From the NCBI GenBank assembly GCA_030390025.1, contig CM059432.1, positions 63,986,001 through 64,050,000 of the forward strand: 64,000 nucleotides of DNA, read 5' to 3'. Positions 23,619-36,920 of the stretch are shown one piece after another. Made by a program: the position numbers and the translations under genes. This DNA is from Squalus acanthias (lineage: Eukaryota). How positions within the stretch are numbered: position 1 is the first letter of the stretch; each line of letters opens with the position of its first letter. The notes under the pieces are model-generated. The model saw only the letters and a program-made list of their open reading frames with translations, did not search any database and was not told where the DNA came from.

Positions 23619-26499
23619 GGGGGTTAAATTGGACAGGGCCCGAAAATGGGCGTGGGGATCGTGATTGCGCGATTAACCCACGCCCGTTGATTCCGATGCA
23701 GGCAGCATGCCAACTTCATGCTATCTGCTAATTTACATGATTGCAGCATGCAGACAGCACTAAGTGCACTGCTGAATGGCTGCACGCCTAAGCAGGGGGA
23801 GCAAAATTGTGAGAGGCTTAAAGCCAGCCTGCACCTCTTAAAGTGGAGGTGCAGTGTGGCTGGAACAGGTGCTGGAAGTCATTGTGGAAGATATTCTGAC
23901 CTGGAAGAAGACACAATAATGGTGCAACAGAGGAGAGAGCAGGCTCCAAGACTTTCTGAAGCTGCACTGGTGGCCTTGGTGGAAGAGATGGAGAGGGGGA
24001 GAGATGTGCTCTATCTACAGGGACCAGGAGGCCCACCAGAAAAACTTTGCGAAGACAGTAGGACCAGATAGCCGTGGCGGTCAGTGCCAAGAGTCGAGCT
24101 CCGAGGACCTGGATGTAGTGCCGCAAAAAGTTCAATGACCTCACATGAGTTGCTAAGATCAGTAAATTCTTCAAATGCCATATTCCATCAACTGCACCAC
24201 TAGCCTCACACACTGCTCACCACACCCCCATCACTCACCTACCAACAATCTCTATCAATCACAACTCATATCTAATATTCATAGTTTCACCTCACCCTCA
24301 CACATTTAGCACTGCTACAAGCCTCACACCCACATCTCACAGCTTGCACACACTGCCAGCTATTCATCCATGACAGCCACATCACCCAAACACATTGCAC
24401 CACACTCACTGACACACTTCTCTCTCTGTTGCAGGACAAGGTGGCGCACAAATGGAGGCAGCAGGAGCTAACCGGTGCGGGACAGGCACACCTGCAACTC
24501 CTAAACCCCATGGAGGAGACGGTGCTGTCCATTATTGGAAAGGCCATTGCTGAGGTCGTGGCCAGTGGGGGGGCTGAAACCATAGAGGATGATGGTATCA
24601 TCATACCTAATCCCCCTTTTCACATCCCACTCCCCCTCATCCTACAATCTTTTCTGATTTACAAGTTGCACCTTGTAAGCATGGTGTAAGCCAAGCAGAC
24701 GCTGTGATGGTCAGTAACAGAGGAAAGGCAAGGTGTGGGACTGTTGGTGAGTTGGCAATTTTTTTTTTATTATTCGTTCATAGGATGTGGGCATTGCTGG
24801 TAAGGCCAGCATTTATTGCCCATCCCTAATTGCCCTTGAGAAGATGGTGGTGAGCCGCTTTCTTGAATCGCTGCAGTCCATGTGGTGAAGGTAGTCCCAC
24901 AGTGCTGTTAGGGAGGGAATTCCAGGATTTTGAACCAGCGAAGATGAAGGAACAGTGATATACTTCCAAGTCAGGATGGTGTGTGACTTGGAGGGCACCT
25001 TGGAAGTGGTGGTGTTCCCATGCGCCTGCCGCCCTTGTCCTTCTAGGTGATTGAGATTGCGGTTTTGGGAAGTGCTGTCGAAGAAGCCTTGGCGAGTTGC
25101 TGCAGTGCATCTTGTAGATGGTACACACTGCAGTCATGATGCGCCAGTGGTGGAGGGAGTGAATGTTTGAGGTGGTAGATGGGGGTGCTAATTAAATGGG
25201 CTGCTTTGTCCTGGATGGTGTTGAGCTTCTTGAGTGTTGTTGGAGCTGCTTTCATCCAGACAAGTGGAGAGTATTCCATCACACTCCTGACTTGTGCCTT
25301 GTAGATGGTGGAAAGGCTTTGGGGAGTCAGGAAATGAGTCAACCGCCGCAGAATACCCAGCCTCTGACCTGCTCTTGTAGCCATCGTATTTATGTGGCTG
25401 GTCCAGTTAGGTTTCTGGTCAATGGTGACCCCCAGGATATTGATGGTGGTGGATTCAATGATGGTAATATCGTTGAATGTCAATGAGTGGTGGTTAGACT
25501 CTCTTTTTGGAGATAATCATTGCCTGCCAATTGTGTAGCGCGGATGTTACTTGCCACTTATCAGGTCTTGCTGCATGTGGGTATGGACTGCTTCATTATC
25601 TGAGGAGTTGCGAATGGAGCTGAACACTGTGCAAACATCCCCACATCTGACCTTATGATGAAGGGAAGTTCATTGATTAAGCAAATGAAGATGGTTGGGC
25701 TTTGGACACAGCCCTGAGGAACTCCTGCAGCGATGTCTTGGGGCTGAGTTCATTGGCAGAATGTCTTTTGTTGTATGCATGTTATCCATGTGTGTGGGTT
25801 GCGCACTGGAGTCATGAAGCGCAGACATCTGACACACTGTCCCTTGCTGAGGTTCAGGTAGGAGAATTGCTCCCGGAACACCCTGGGCGAATATGGTCTC
25901 CTGCTGAGAGTCCTTCTCCCCCTCCTCCTCCTCCCTCTTCTTGCAGCTTGCCGTCCTCTGTGTTACCTCTGCTCATTCTCCCAATTATGCTGTATTCCAA
26001 GGGGAATACCGACTACTGGACCCATGTCTGGGAGCAATTGGTTTGTGCAGAAGCCTTGAACTCAGGCCAAAGACCTTCAGTGCCTGCCACACCACTCCCT
26101 GTAAACTTTAGCAAATTTAAAGAACTCTAGAAAGCACCTGACTTGTACAATTGCAGCAAGAGGCAATAGAATTCAATCAGCAACTAACCTGAAAGAGTTG
26201 ATGATCTCTTTAAATAGCACTGGTGGGACGTCCTTCCTGCTGCTGAACGCGTGTTCAGCTGTGTGAGCTTAAATGAGGGCGTTAGCTGGAGCTTTGAGCT
26301 TCAAAATTGATGTCATGATCTGTCTACTCTGCATATTTCCGGCCGACGTTCACTGCACGTGGGTTAATGCCTTCACCAACATGGCGTCTGGCACGACTCG
26401 CATCAGCAGTGTGTGCGCGTGCCGCTGATGCCATTTTGGACCTCCAAGGGCACTCGTAGCGCCCAAAAAACGGGTGCTGCGAATCTAGATTTTGCGCTC
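23619..26499 (+). mobile_element. Decayed Harbinger element: Myb exons on plus, HARBI1-like N-terminus on minus, nested LINE
   Basis: Myb exon 1 from 23919 (APRLSEAALVALVEEM...RTWM*CRKKFNDL), exon 2 at 24435-24594. Minus strand 25810-25920 reads RRPYSPRVFREQFSYLNLSKGQCVRCLRF. TIRs degenerate. Confidence 0.8.
24760..25745 (-). mobile_element. 3' fragment of the 43826-47076 LINE family
   Basis: INILGVTIDQKPNWTSHI...MEYSPLVW...SWNSLP, shared tail and poly(A). Confidence 0.9.
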
Positions 26500-27277
26500 A
26501 ATTTTTTGTTCTAGCATTGTTGGTTATACATTCCAAGCCAAGATGCTTTGTTTTGCTAGTCTTTTGTGCTTACTACTGCAACATTTGCTCGATACAAAAA
26601 AGATTTAATCCAAACAAAAGCATCGGGCTTGTACGTGAAATATGAAAAACATGAAAAATTTTCAGCCCCCTCTGAGAAGTTAAGCTGAGGCCCTGTCTTG
26701 TGCACAGTGCAAAACCAATTTTTTTTATAGAGACTTCCCTTTGGGAGCACGAAGTCGGAAATTACACTTACATTTGTTAAAAATATTTGACGAGAGCGAG
26801 AAGAGGTGTGTTGTGAAATTTGATTTTGCTCTTCGATGTTATAAACTGAACCGTTTTAGCTTCTTGTGAAGTTTCTGAAGAAATATATCCTGATAATCGG
26901 GTAAATTTTATGAACTAGTACTCTTGGCACGGTGCTTTGTTCAATAGGAAGGCAGATCGAACAGTTGGGTGTGCCTGATTTTTGTGCTTCCTGATTTTTC
27001 ATACAATAAAATTAATATTTGAAACTTGGAAAGACCTTGAATTCTCTCCCATCATGTGAGGCTGTCTGCCAGTAGTGCTAACTCATCAAATGTACTCCAT
27101 TTGCCACTTGCTGTGTTTTAGTAATAAAAAGTATATCATCACAAATATTAGAGAATGTTCTGTGGAGTACAACACCTTGGAACCGTATGTTCCAGATGAT
27201 ATTTTTGCTTTTGAAACATTCAAAACATAGCAGGGGTGAAATTGCATGAGGATTGTCCTGCTCATCCACTGTAACCT

Positions 27278-27600
27278 GGAATCGTAGAATGATACTGCAC
27301 AGAAGGCAGTCATTCGGCCCATCTTGCCTATCGCCGGCTCTTTGGTAGAGCTATCCAATTAGTCCCACTCTCTGCTCTTTCCCCACAGCACTGTAATTTT
27401 TTTCCCTTCAAGTATTTATCTAATCCCCTTTTGAAAGTTACTGTTGAATCTGCTTCCACCACCCTTTCAGGCAGCGCATTCCAGATTACGACAACTCGCT
27501 GCGTTTAAAAAAAAATCCTCATGTCGCCTCTGGTTCTTTAGCCAATCACCTTAAATCTGTGTCCTCTGGTTACTGACCCTTCTGCCACCTTCTCTGCTCT
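27278..27600 (-). mobile_element. CR1 3' fragment
   Basis: Reverse of RGHRFKVIG...RVV-IWNALPE and CR1 3' UTR. Confidence 0.8.
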
Positions 27601-27606
27601 AACGTA

Positions 27607-27735
27607 CTGACGAAGGGTTCGACCCGAAACATTGACTCTGTTTCTCTCTACTCGATGCGGCCTACCTGCTGAGTGTTTCCAGCATTTTCTGTTGTTATTT
27701 CAGATTTCCAGCATCCGCAGTATTTAGCTATTGGA
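27607..27735 (+). mobile_element. Penelope-derived short repeat with hammerhead-like core
   Basis: CTGACGA AGGGT TCG ACCC GAAAC followed by the same body as 43020-43152; stems I and III mutated. Confidence 0.75.
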
Positions 27736-28149
27736 TTATACTGCAATGTCTTGCGAACTCACTGATGGCAAATGATTATGCCAGTTTTTGTGCAGTTATT
27801 AAATGTGAGTACACTGTAAGCACACGGCACAAAGCTGGCGTGAAGAGTTTATTGAAACAAAAGCTTAGCAAGATAAGATCTTGCAGCAATGCTTCAGCAT
27901 TCTAAAATCAGTAAAGCCACCAGAACCTAGAAATTACTGATGGTGATATTACTGGATAACAATTGAATGCATTTGTATGATGTATGTTTTCCCACTGTTT
28001 TTGCAGTTATAAACCAATTAAAATAAATCCCAGTGCTAAAATAATGGACAGAGGAATGTTATACAAATGCATTAAGGTTTGTCCACTAATACCACCAAAA
28101 GTAATTACTAGGCTTAGATCATAAAAATGCAATTTTGGATGTGAGGCAT

Positions 28150-30361
28150 GGCCTAGAAATTGGAACCTTTAGTGCCAGCTATTAAGGCCGATTTTGAAGA
28201 AAAAGTGGCGTCCGCGTCGCTTCCAGCCACTTCCGGCGCGGAACGCAGCGGCCGCCATATTGGGCAGGTCAGCAGCGCTGCTGTTGCCTGCGCTCACCTC
28301 AAACATTTTAATATCAGGAACGTGACATCATTCGGCGTGCAGTGCTGAATTGATGCACGCTGAGCGATTTTGGATGTCGCCGCTCCTCTTACTGCCCTCT
28401 CCAAAGCACGCCCATGCGTGCAGCTGTTGCCAACTCATAGAACCAGGAGAAAGCAGCTATAGATCTCTGCCAAAGTCTTCGATAACTCTGCAGAGTATGT
28501 CCAGTCCAGTGAGATGGCTCATGGTCATTGCTGCAGAAACTCATCAGCAGATTGAATGCCTTTTCTATACATGTTAGATGTCAGCATTCAACCGGAGCAA
28601 GTCAGTGAGTTCTGGCACGTAATGTGTACAGAACAGCATATGGTTACAAATAGTCAGAGGGACTTATAATGCATCTAAATGTCTGATACTTTACTGTTGG
28701 TCAGTTGTGTACCGCAAGACAAACATGAGGGCACCAAATTTTCAAATCTTTCTAATAAGCGCTTGCAGTAAACTGGAAATGAAATGATATTTGGGCTTTG
28801 TAAATGTTTACTGTTATTGTTACAAACATCCGTATTGAATATGCATCCTGTTCCTCTGAAGTAACAGGTGTGTGCGTATTACATTTTCAATTAAAGGAGA
28901 CCTAGTGACTTTTTCCTGTTTCTGAAGGAATTTGTACATCTGCATTTACTCGTATCGATATTCAGGTGTTCAGGGTATCCAGTAAATTTTTCACATCTCT
29001 TGGTCTATTCAGGAAGGAATCATGGATCACCTATGCCAGCTCTGACATCCAGTATTGCAAACAAATCTCCCAATTCCAGTACAACACTACCCTTTCCAAA
29101 TGCTTATCCAGGTACTTTATAGAGAGATAGGGGGAAAAATTGGGTTGCTTTGCGCCTCACGTTAGCGCCCTAAGAGGGCGCTAATGGGGCGTAAAGCAAC
29201 TAGCACCCGGGCGCGGCGCCGCTCACGCCTCCCGTGAAATTCAGCGGGAGGCTAGCGGCGGCGCTAACCGGTAGCGCCCTGCGGCGCTGTGCCGCCGGCG
29301 ATGACGTCATTGCCGTGCACAGCGTCCCACTCGCGCTTCGGCCGTGATTTTGGGAGCGCCCCCTGACTTACCGCTGGACGCTATGTCCAACGGGGTCAGG
29401 GGGGCCTACCTGCAGCCGGGGAGGCGCAATTTAAAGGCGAGGTGCGGGGCGGCTATTTTTGTTGCTAGCTGCCTGCCAGCACCTGCCTGCGCTCCCGTCC
29501 CCGGCCTCCTGAATGACCCCCCACCCCCGCGGAGTGCCGGCTGCGCTCCAAGAGCCCGGCACTCCCGATCCCCGGGGGCCCAGCTGGGCCCCAGGTTGCG
29601 CTGTGCAAGGCCCCTCCCCTTTAAGAAGGGGAGGAAGGCCTGCAATACCGTGGCATGTAGCGCCACGATAATGACTCACAGCGCCTCAAGAGGGATGCGG
29701 TGCGCTTCCAGATCGTGGCCGGGGTGTGAGCGGGGTTCTGCGCACGGCGATGATGTCATCGCCGGCGGCGCAGCGCCACGGGGTGCTACCGGTTAGCGCC
29801 GCCGCTAACCTCCCGCTGAATTTCGCAGGGGGCGTGGGCGGTGCCGCGCCCGGGCACGAGTTGCTTTGCGCCCCATTAGCAACCTTTTAGGGCACTAACG
29901 GGAGCCGCAAAGCAACCCAATTTTTCCCCCTTACAGTGAAAAGCCTCTGTAATAACAAAGACTTTTCACTATATATGTGTATTAAAAGAATAGGTTGCTT
30001 GTATTTGTATGCTAGGGAGTAGAATTGGAAATATTGGTTGCATCCTTTAAAATATGTCAGTGTATTTTTAGGCTTTCGTTATCTTGCATACCCTCTCTGT
30101 CAACCTACAAACATAACCGGAAACATTGCACTTCACTTTAAGAAATCGCGATTTCCTGAGAGAGCCACACAGATAGATTAGTACCTTCCTGCTGATCTTA
30201 TCGCTTGAAAAAGCGCGTTGCACGCGAATTTCTGCGCTGCGCTCATTTAAATCAGCAGGCAGCACCAAAATACCGGTGCTACCTGCGCTCTTTTTACGGG
30301 CAGCCGTTACCTTGGCCCGGGGTGGCACCGCCCATTTTTGGGCTTAACCAAATTTCTAGGC
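28150..30361. mobile_element. Possible old Harbinger-type element; ends only
   Basis: Inverted termini GGCCTAGAAATTGG (28150) and CCAAATTTCTAGGC (30361) with CpG-rich subterminal regions. No clean TSD, so they may be two separate half-elements. Confidence 0.45.
29130..29930. mobile_element. Foldback MITE with about 190-bp TIRs
   Basis: GGGGGAAAAATTGGGTTGCTTTGCG... mirrored at the right end; flanks ATA/TTA. Related to 41422-42162 and 63238-63876. Confidence 0.92.
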
Positions 30362-31601
30362 AATTTTTTTTTCGGTAGATGAGAGTTGACCAGTAATGAG
30401 TCCAGCATCAAGAACCATAAACAGTGTAAATTACTGAGAGGCAACATCTCATTGCAACAATAACAAATGATGATTACTGCAAATTTTTCTCAGAAGTTTC
30501 GTAGAATTACAGCACAGAAGGAGGCCCTTTGGCCAATTGTGTCTGTGCTGATGCTATTTCTTCAACAAGAGATATCTGCTGTAACCCTATTTCCCTGCCC
30601 TTTTCCTTTATCTTTTTATATTGTTCCTGTTCAAGTACTTATCCAGTTTCCTTTTAAATGTTATGTCTCAATGGCAACTTATGATGAAGCATTTCATATT
30701 TTAATAACTCCCTGTGTGAATCTTCTAACTGCTCCTTTTATACTTATTGTGGTAATCCTGAGTCTATGACCCTACTGTTCAGTTTCTGTCCTGAATTCTA
30801 TTTGCATTTCTTTCATGTTCAACCTTAGCTGTTTCAACAGCACTTTTAGTAGTTACGTCACTCATTTATTTTCTTCCTGTGCAGCACTTTACACTTGTTA
30901 ATTTAAAATTTCATCTGCCATTGGACATGTGCGTGGGGCAGATTTTCCTCTGGAGTTACGCTGACTCCTCAGTTTACCTCTGGTAGGCTTCGAAGCAAAA
31001 TCGGGTGAAGAGCCACTCCTCTGGCTCCTGACCACCCACCGCCATTTTTCACTGGAAATGACTGGAGGTGGGGGTGTAGCTCCAATATATCAGCCCAAAT
31101 ATGGCCAGATTATTATAATGAGGTGAACATGATAGGAAAATCAGTCCTATATTGTCTAACATTCTTTAGTACCTGGTTAGCCTCTTCAGGTTCAACTGCT
31201 CCTTCCAGTTTGGTATCACCTGTGAATTTGACCAGTTTGCATTGCGGTTCTGAATTCAAGAATAATTGAGCTCGGAGTTCTCAAAAAATAGGTCAGTGCT
31301 GAACACGATAAGCTCTGGCTGACTTCAAAATCACTTGTTTATCTGAATGCTTTGCCATGCTGATGACAGTATTGGAGCTGGAGTTCAAAGTTGGAAGTCT
31401 ATATTACTGCTCTGTCTTGTCGCTTTTACTGCACTTAAAATAGGCTGCTGATGTTTCAAGTTTAGTAATAACACAATTAAAATTGACAAGTGTATGTTGC
31501 TTCCAGTGGTTCATTTGGAAAATTTGCTTTTGTAGTGACTTAATCATTTAGGATAGAAATTAATTTGCCATTGTCTTTGGAAGGCAAATATATGATTCAT
31601 T

Positions 31602-32239
31602 AGGGGCAGTTTTCAACAGCCGCCCGTCCCATTTATGAGCTAAACAGTAGTTAAAAATGACAGGGAAACAGCGGCCGCCCTTGGACGCACAAAGTCTGCC
31701 TGATGCAATTTTCAGGCGGGCCTGTAAATGGGCACCCAGCATTTCCACTCAAAACTGGTTTGCATATGCAAATTGAGGTCCTACACTGGTTGTAGGACTC
31801 CATTTGCAATTTTTACATACAAATGCATGAAGTGTGTGCTTTGAACATTCCACCCATTTGTACCAGGTGGGAAGTGCCAAAACCTCCAGTCCTTAAAGGG
31901 AGCACTGGAGGTCATTCCAAAAATATCCTGGAAGATTTCTTTAGGGAAATATTTGGGGGATCTGGAGGAGCCCACTGCTGGTTACTGGGTAGGTCCCCTC
32001 CAGTACACCTACCCGCTCCCTTTTTAGTGCCAGTCACTGACTCTGCTTACTCATGGAGCCACCAGATTTTTGACACCCCGATTTGCCAAGCTGCCCGCTA
32101 GCACCCATTGCATTTAGACAGCTTGCCGACTCTATAATAATGAGGCACAAACTGGAAAATGATCCGGGCCTCCCTCTGAAGGGTTTGGACACACCACTCT
32201 CTCTGTGCCCGTTTTAGGCTTATGTTTAAAATCGTCCCC
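31602..32239. mobile_element. Harbinger-type MITE, TSD ATT
   Basis: AGGGGCAGTTTTCAAC / GTTTAAAATCGTCCCC; ATT on both flanks. Confidence 0.7.
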
Positions 32240-35200
32240 ATTGTATTTTCCAACATACGTAAGTCATAACATCGAGATTGTAGACTGCTTTTCACCGTGA
32301 CTGCTGTTACATTCTATGGATAAGAGGAGCTTCCTAAGCTTCTGTAGACCATCTCAAGGGTCGACAGTTTTCAGTATAAAGGGACAAGCAGAATGGACTG
32401 TCTTTCTAATAGAGTCTATTTAAAAGAAGTGTTTAAACCATTTTTCATAGGATTACATAGGATATACGGCATAGAAACAGGCCATTTGGCCCAACCAGTC
32501 CATGCCGGCATTTATGCTCCACTCGAGCCTTCGCCCGTCTTTCCTCATCTAAATCTATCAGCATAACCCTCTATTCCCTTCTCCCTCATATGCTTGTCTA
32601 GCCTCCCCTTAAATGCATCTATACTATTCGCTTCAACCACTCCCTGTGGTAGCGAGTTCCACATTCTCACCACTCTTTGGGTAAAGAAGTTTCTTCTGAA
32701 TTCCCTATTGGATTTCTTGGTGACTATCTTATATTGATGACTTTTAGTTATGCTCTTCCCCACAAGTGGAAACATTCTCTCTGTATCCACTCTATCAAAA
32801 CCTTTCATAATTTTAAAGACCTCTATTAGGTCACCCTTCTTTTTTCAAGAGAAAAGAGACCCAGCCTATTCATCCTTTCCTGATATGTATACCCTCACAT
32901 TTCTGGTATCATCCTTGTAAATCTTCTCTGCACCCTCTCCAATGCCTCTATATCCTTTTTATAATATGGCGACCAGAACCGTACACAGCACTCCTAAGTG
33001 TGGTCTAACCAAGGTTCGATACAGGTTTAGCATAACTTCCCTTCTTTTCAATTCTATACCTCTAGAAATAAACCCGAGTGCTTGGTTTGCTTTTTTTATG
33101 GCCTTGCTAACCTGTGTTGCAACTTTTAGTGATTTGTGTATTGGTACTCCGAGTTCCCTTTGTTCCTCTACCCCACCTAGACTCACACACTCCAAGTGAT
33201 AAGTGACCTCCCTATTCTTCCTACCAAAATGTAATACCTCACATTTATCTGTGTTGAACTTCATTTGCCAATTATATGCCCATTCTGCAAGTTTATTAAT
33301 ATCCTCCTGTAACTTGTTGCAGTCCTCCTCAGTATTGACTATCCCCCCCAATTTGGTGTCATCCGCAAATTTAGAAATTGTGTTTTTGATTCCAAAGTCT
33401 AAATCGTTAATATAAATTGTGAACAACAGTGGTCCCAGCACTGATCCTTATGGAACATCATTACCCACCTTCTGCCACTGTGAATAGTTACCTTTTACCC
33501 CTACTCTCTGCTTTCTGTCTTGAAACCAGCTAGCTATCCATTCTGCTACTTGTCCCCTGACTCTGCATTCTCTGACCTTGTTCATCAGTCTATTATGGGG
33601 TACCTTATTGAAGGCCTTTTGAAAATCTAGATAAATTATATCTGCTGCATTACCATTGTCTACTCTCTCTGTTACCTCTTCAAAAAATTCAATGAGTTTG
33701 GTCAAGCAAGACTTTCCCTTTTGTAATCCATGCTGACTATTCATTATTATATTTTTGTTTTCTAGATGTTCTTCTATTTTCTCCTTTAGTAGGGATTCCA
33801 TTATTTTTCCTTACATCGATGTTAAGCTAACCGGTCTATAATTCCCTGGACATGTTCTATCCCCCTTCTTAAATATAGGTATTATGTTAGCTATCCGCCA
33901 GTCCTCTGGCAATACACCTTTTTCTAATGAATTATTACATATGTGCAGTAAAGCCTCTGCTATCTCTTCCCTAGATTCTTTTAAACTGCGTGGATGCAAT
34001 CCATCCGGACAAGGGGTTTTATCCTCTTTGAGTTTGATTTAATATATCCAATCTTTTTATTTTGAATGCACTTATCTCATTACTAATCTCATCATCCAAT
34101 GTCATGTCCACCTGCTCTATCTTCTTGGTAAATACTGAAGCAAAATAATTATTTAATATTTCTGCCATCTCTCTATCGTTACCTGTGGTATTATCCTGTC
34201 TATCCCTTAATGGCCCTATTCCCATCCCAACCTTCCTTTTTTTATTGATGTGCCTGTAAAATATTTTACTATTTTGTTTGATGTGCCTTGATAATTTAAT
34301 TTCATAGTTCCTCTTTGCCTTCCTAATTTTTTTTGACTTATCTCCTAATCTCTTTGTAATCTCCCTTATCATGCACTCCCCTGCTGTCTATGTACTTAAT
34401 GTTTGCCTCTTTCCTTACCCTCAATTGTTCCCTTACGGCTTTATTCATCCATGGAGTCTCATTAGTGTTTAGTTTGTTCTTTCCTTTTAGCGGAATATAT
34501 TGTTCCTGCACTCTGTTGAACGCCGTTTTAAATGTTTCCCATTGCTGTTCTACATCGTTGTTTGCCAATATTGTTGCCCATTTTATTTTCCCAAGTTCTA
34601 TGCTCAGTCCCTCAAAATCAGCTTTTCTCTAATCTATTACCTTGGGTTTCGTCATACTTATGTCATTCTCTTTTATTATCTTAAAGCGTATTATATTATT
34701 GTCACTATTGCCTAGATGTTCCCATACTTTTACTTCTCTTATCTGCTCTGGCTCATTCTCCATTACTAGATCCAATAACGAATCCTCCCTTGTTGGGCTT
34801 TTTTCCATATTGGGTTAGAAAGGAGTCCTGTACACATTGTAGGAACTCCATTCCCTTGTCCCCTTTACCTACCTCTTCTGTCCAATTAATATCGGGGTAG
34901 TTGAAATCCCCCATGATTATTATTCTATGTTTTTTACTCATTTCCCTAATTTGTCTGCATATTTCTTCCTCCACCTCCCTTCCAATATTAGGTGGTCTGT
35001 AGACTACATCTATTAGTTTGATTGATCCTTTATTATCTTTTAAATCTATTCATATGGATTCTATTTCTGTCTTGCTGATAGCTGCGTCACTTTTTTCTAC
35101 TGCCATTATGTTATCCCTAATAAGTACAGCTACTCCACCTCCCCTTTTTCCCTTTCTATCTTTTCTAAATATATTATACCCTACAATGTTTAATTCCCAG

Positions 35201-35510
35201 TCCGGATTTTTCTGTAGCCATGTGTCAGTAATCCCTACTATCTCTGGTTCCTTGCAACGCATGATTGCCTCCAGCTCCCCTGTTTTGTTACGAACACTGT
35301 GCGCATTGCTGTACAGACAGTTTAACTCATTTTTAATAGGATTTCCTCTCACTTTATGTTTAACCATCTTTTTAGACTCCTGTTCTATAACTCTATTTAT
35401 TCCCTTGCCATCAATGTCCTCCCTTACTTTTTTCTTTCCTATGCTCTCTTTTTCTGTTTTGTTTATAATTAGGCTGGTTACATTTCTTGTAGATCCCTTC
35501 CCCCATCTTG

Positions 35511-36660
35511 CTAGTTTAAAGCCTTTGCCACCTCCCTACTTACGATTTCCGCTAGGACACGGGTCCCATCCTGGTTCAGGTGGAGCCCGTCCCATTGGTA
35601 CAGCTCCTTCCTGTCCCAGAACTGGTGCCAGTGTCCCATGAAAAGAAACTCCTCTTTCCCACACCAGCCCTTTAGCCACGTGTTAATTCTCCTGATCTGT
35701 CTGCTTCTAATGCGGAGATGCCGGTGTTGGACTGGGGTGGACAAAAATGAGAAGTCGCACAACACCAGGTTATAGTCCAACAGTTTTATTTAAAATTACG
35801 AGCTTTCGGAGCTGTACGAAGGGGCAACAGCTCCGAAAGCTCGTAATTTTAAATAAAACTGTCGACTATAACCTGGTGTTGTGCGACTTCTCATTTTTGT
35901 CTGCTTCTATGCCAATTTACATGTGGCTCCGGCAATAATCCAGAGATTATTACCCTCGAAGTCCTGCTTTTTAATTTAGAGCCTAGCTCCTGATAGTCTT
36001 TCAGCAGGACCTCCTCCCTGTTCCTACCTATGTCGTTTGTTCCAACATGGACCACGACAACTGGATTTAACCCCTCCCTTTCCAAGTTCCTCTCCAGCCG
36101 CCACCAGATATCCCATACCCTGGCACCAGGTAGACAACACACCCTTCGAGATTCTCATTTTTGGCTGCAGAGGACACTATCTATCCCCCTAATTATAGAG
36201 TCCCCTATCAATGCCACAATTCTATTCTGCTCTTCCCCCGCCTTGTACAGCCTTCTGAGCCACGGTGCTTTGGTCTGCATTGTGGCTGTCCTCCCTGCAG
36301 TCTTTCTCCTTGTCCTCACAGGTAGCAAGTACTTCGTAACTGTTGCACAGGACCAGTGTCTGCGGGACCTCTTTCTCAACTTCTCCTAAATCCCTGCTAC
36401 CCGGCTCCCTAGCAGTCACATCCTCCCCTTCCTGAACCTGTGCTTTCCTCTGGGGTGTGACTGCATTCTGGATAAAACTGTCCAGGAATTCCTCCCCTCC
36501 CTTATGTGTCGGAGTGTCTCCAACTCGCACTCCAACTCAATGACTCTGAGCCGGAGAGATTTGAGATGGAGACATCTCCTGCAGACGTGTTCGCTCGGGA
36601 CAGACTCACTGTCCACAAACTCCCACATTCTGCAGTCGAGACCCACAATCTGCCCTGCTA
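35511..36660 (-). pseudogene. CR1 ORF1: zinc finger/leucine zipper plus SGNH esterase domain
   Basis: CRMWE...HVCRRC, heptad leucines, GDSIIRG, VVVHVGTND, DGLHLN. Frameshifted and interrupted at 35710-35897. Confidence 0.9.
35710..35897. mobile_element. Palindromic Penelope-type short insertion, 12-bp TSD
   Basis: Inverted arms form a long hairpin. TGTCTGCTTCTA at 35698-35709 and 35898-35909. Same family as 50033-50238. Confidence 0.88.
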
Positions 36661-36920
36661 TATCTTAGTCTAGCCTTATTTTATTTATTTAATTAGTTAA
36701 AGTCTTTATTCAATGATTATTTATAGTTATATTAATTAGTTTACCTAGTTAAGCTATAAATTTAATACAGTACTTTGCAGTTTTCCGCACCTTGTTTAAA
36801 CCACTGTCCTAGGTTAGAGAGAAAAGAGAGAAAAACAACCTTAATACTCACCAACCAATCACCTACCTGCTGTCCTGTGATGTCACTCCTTGTTTTTTTG
36901 GAAATCGTCGAAGGTTTGGC

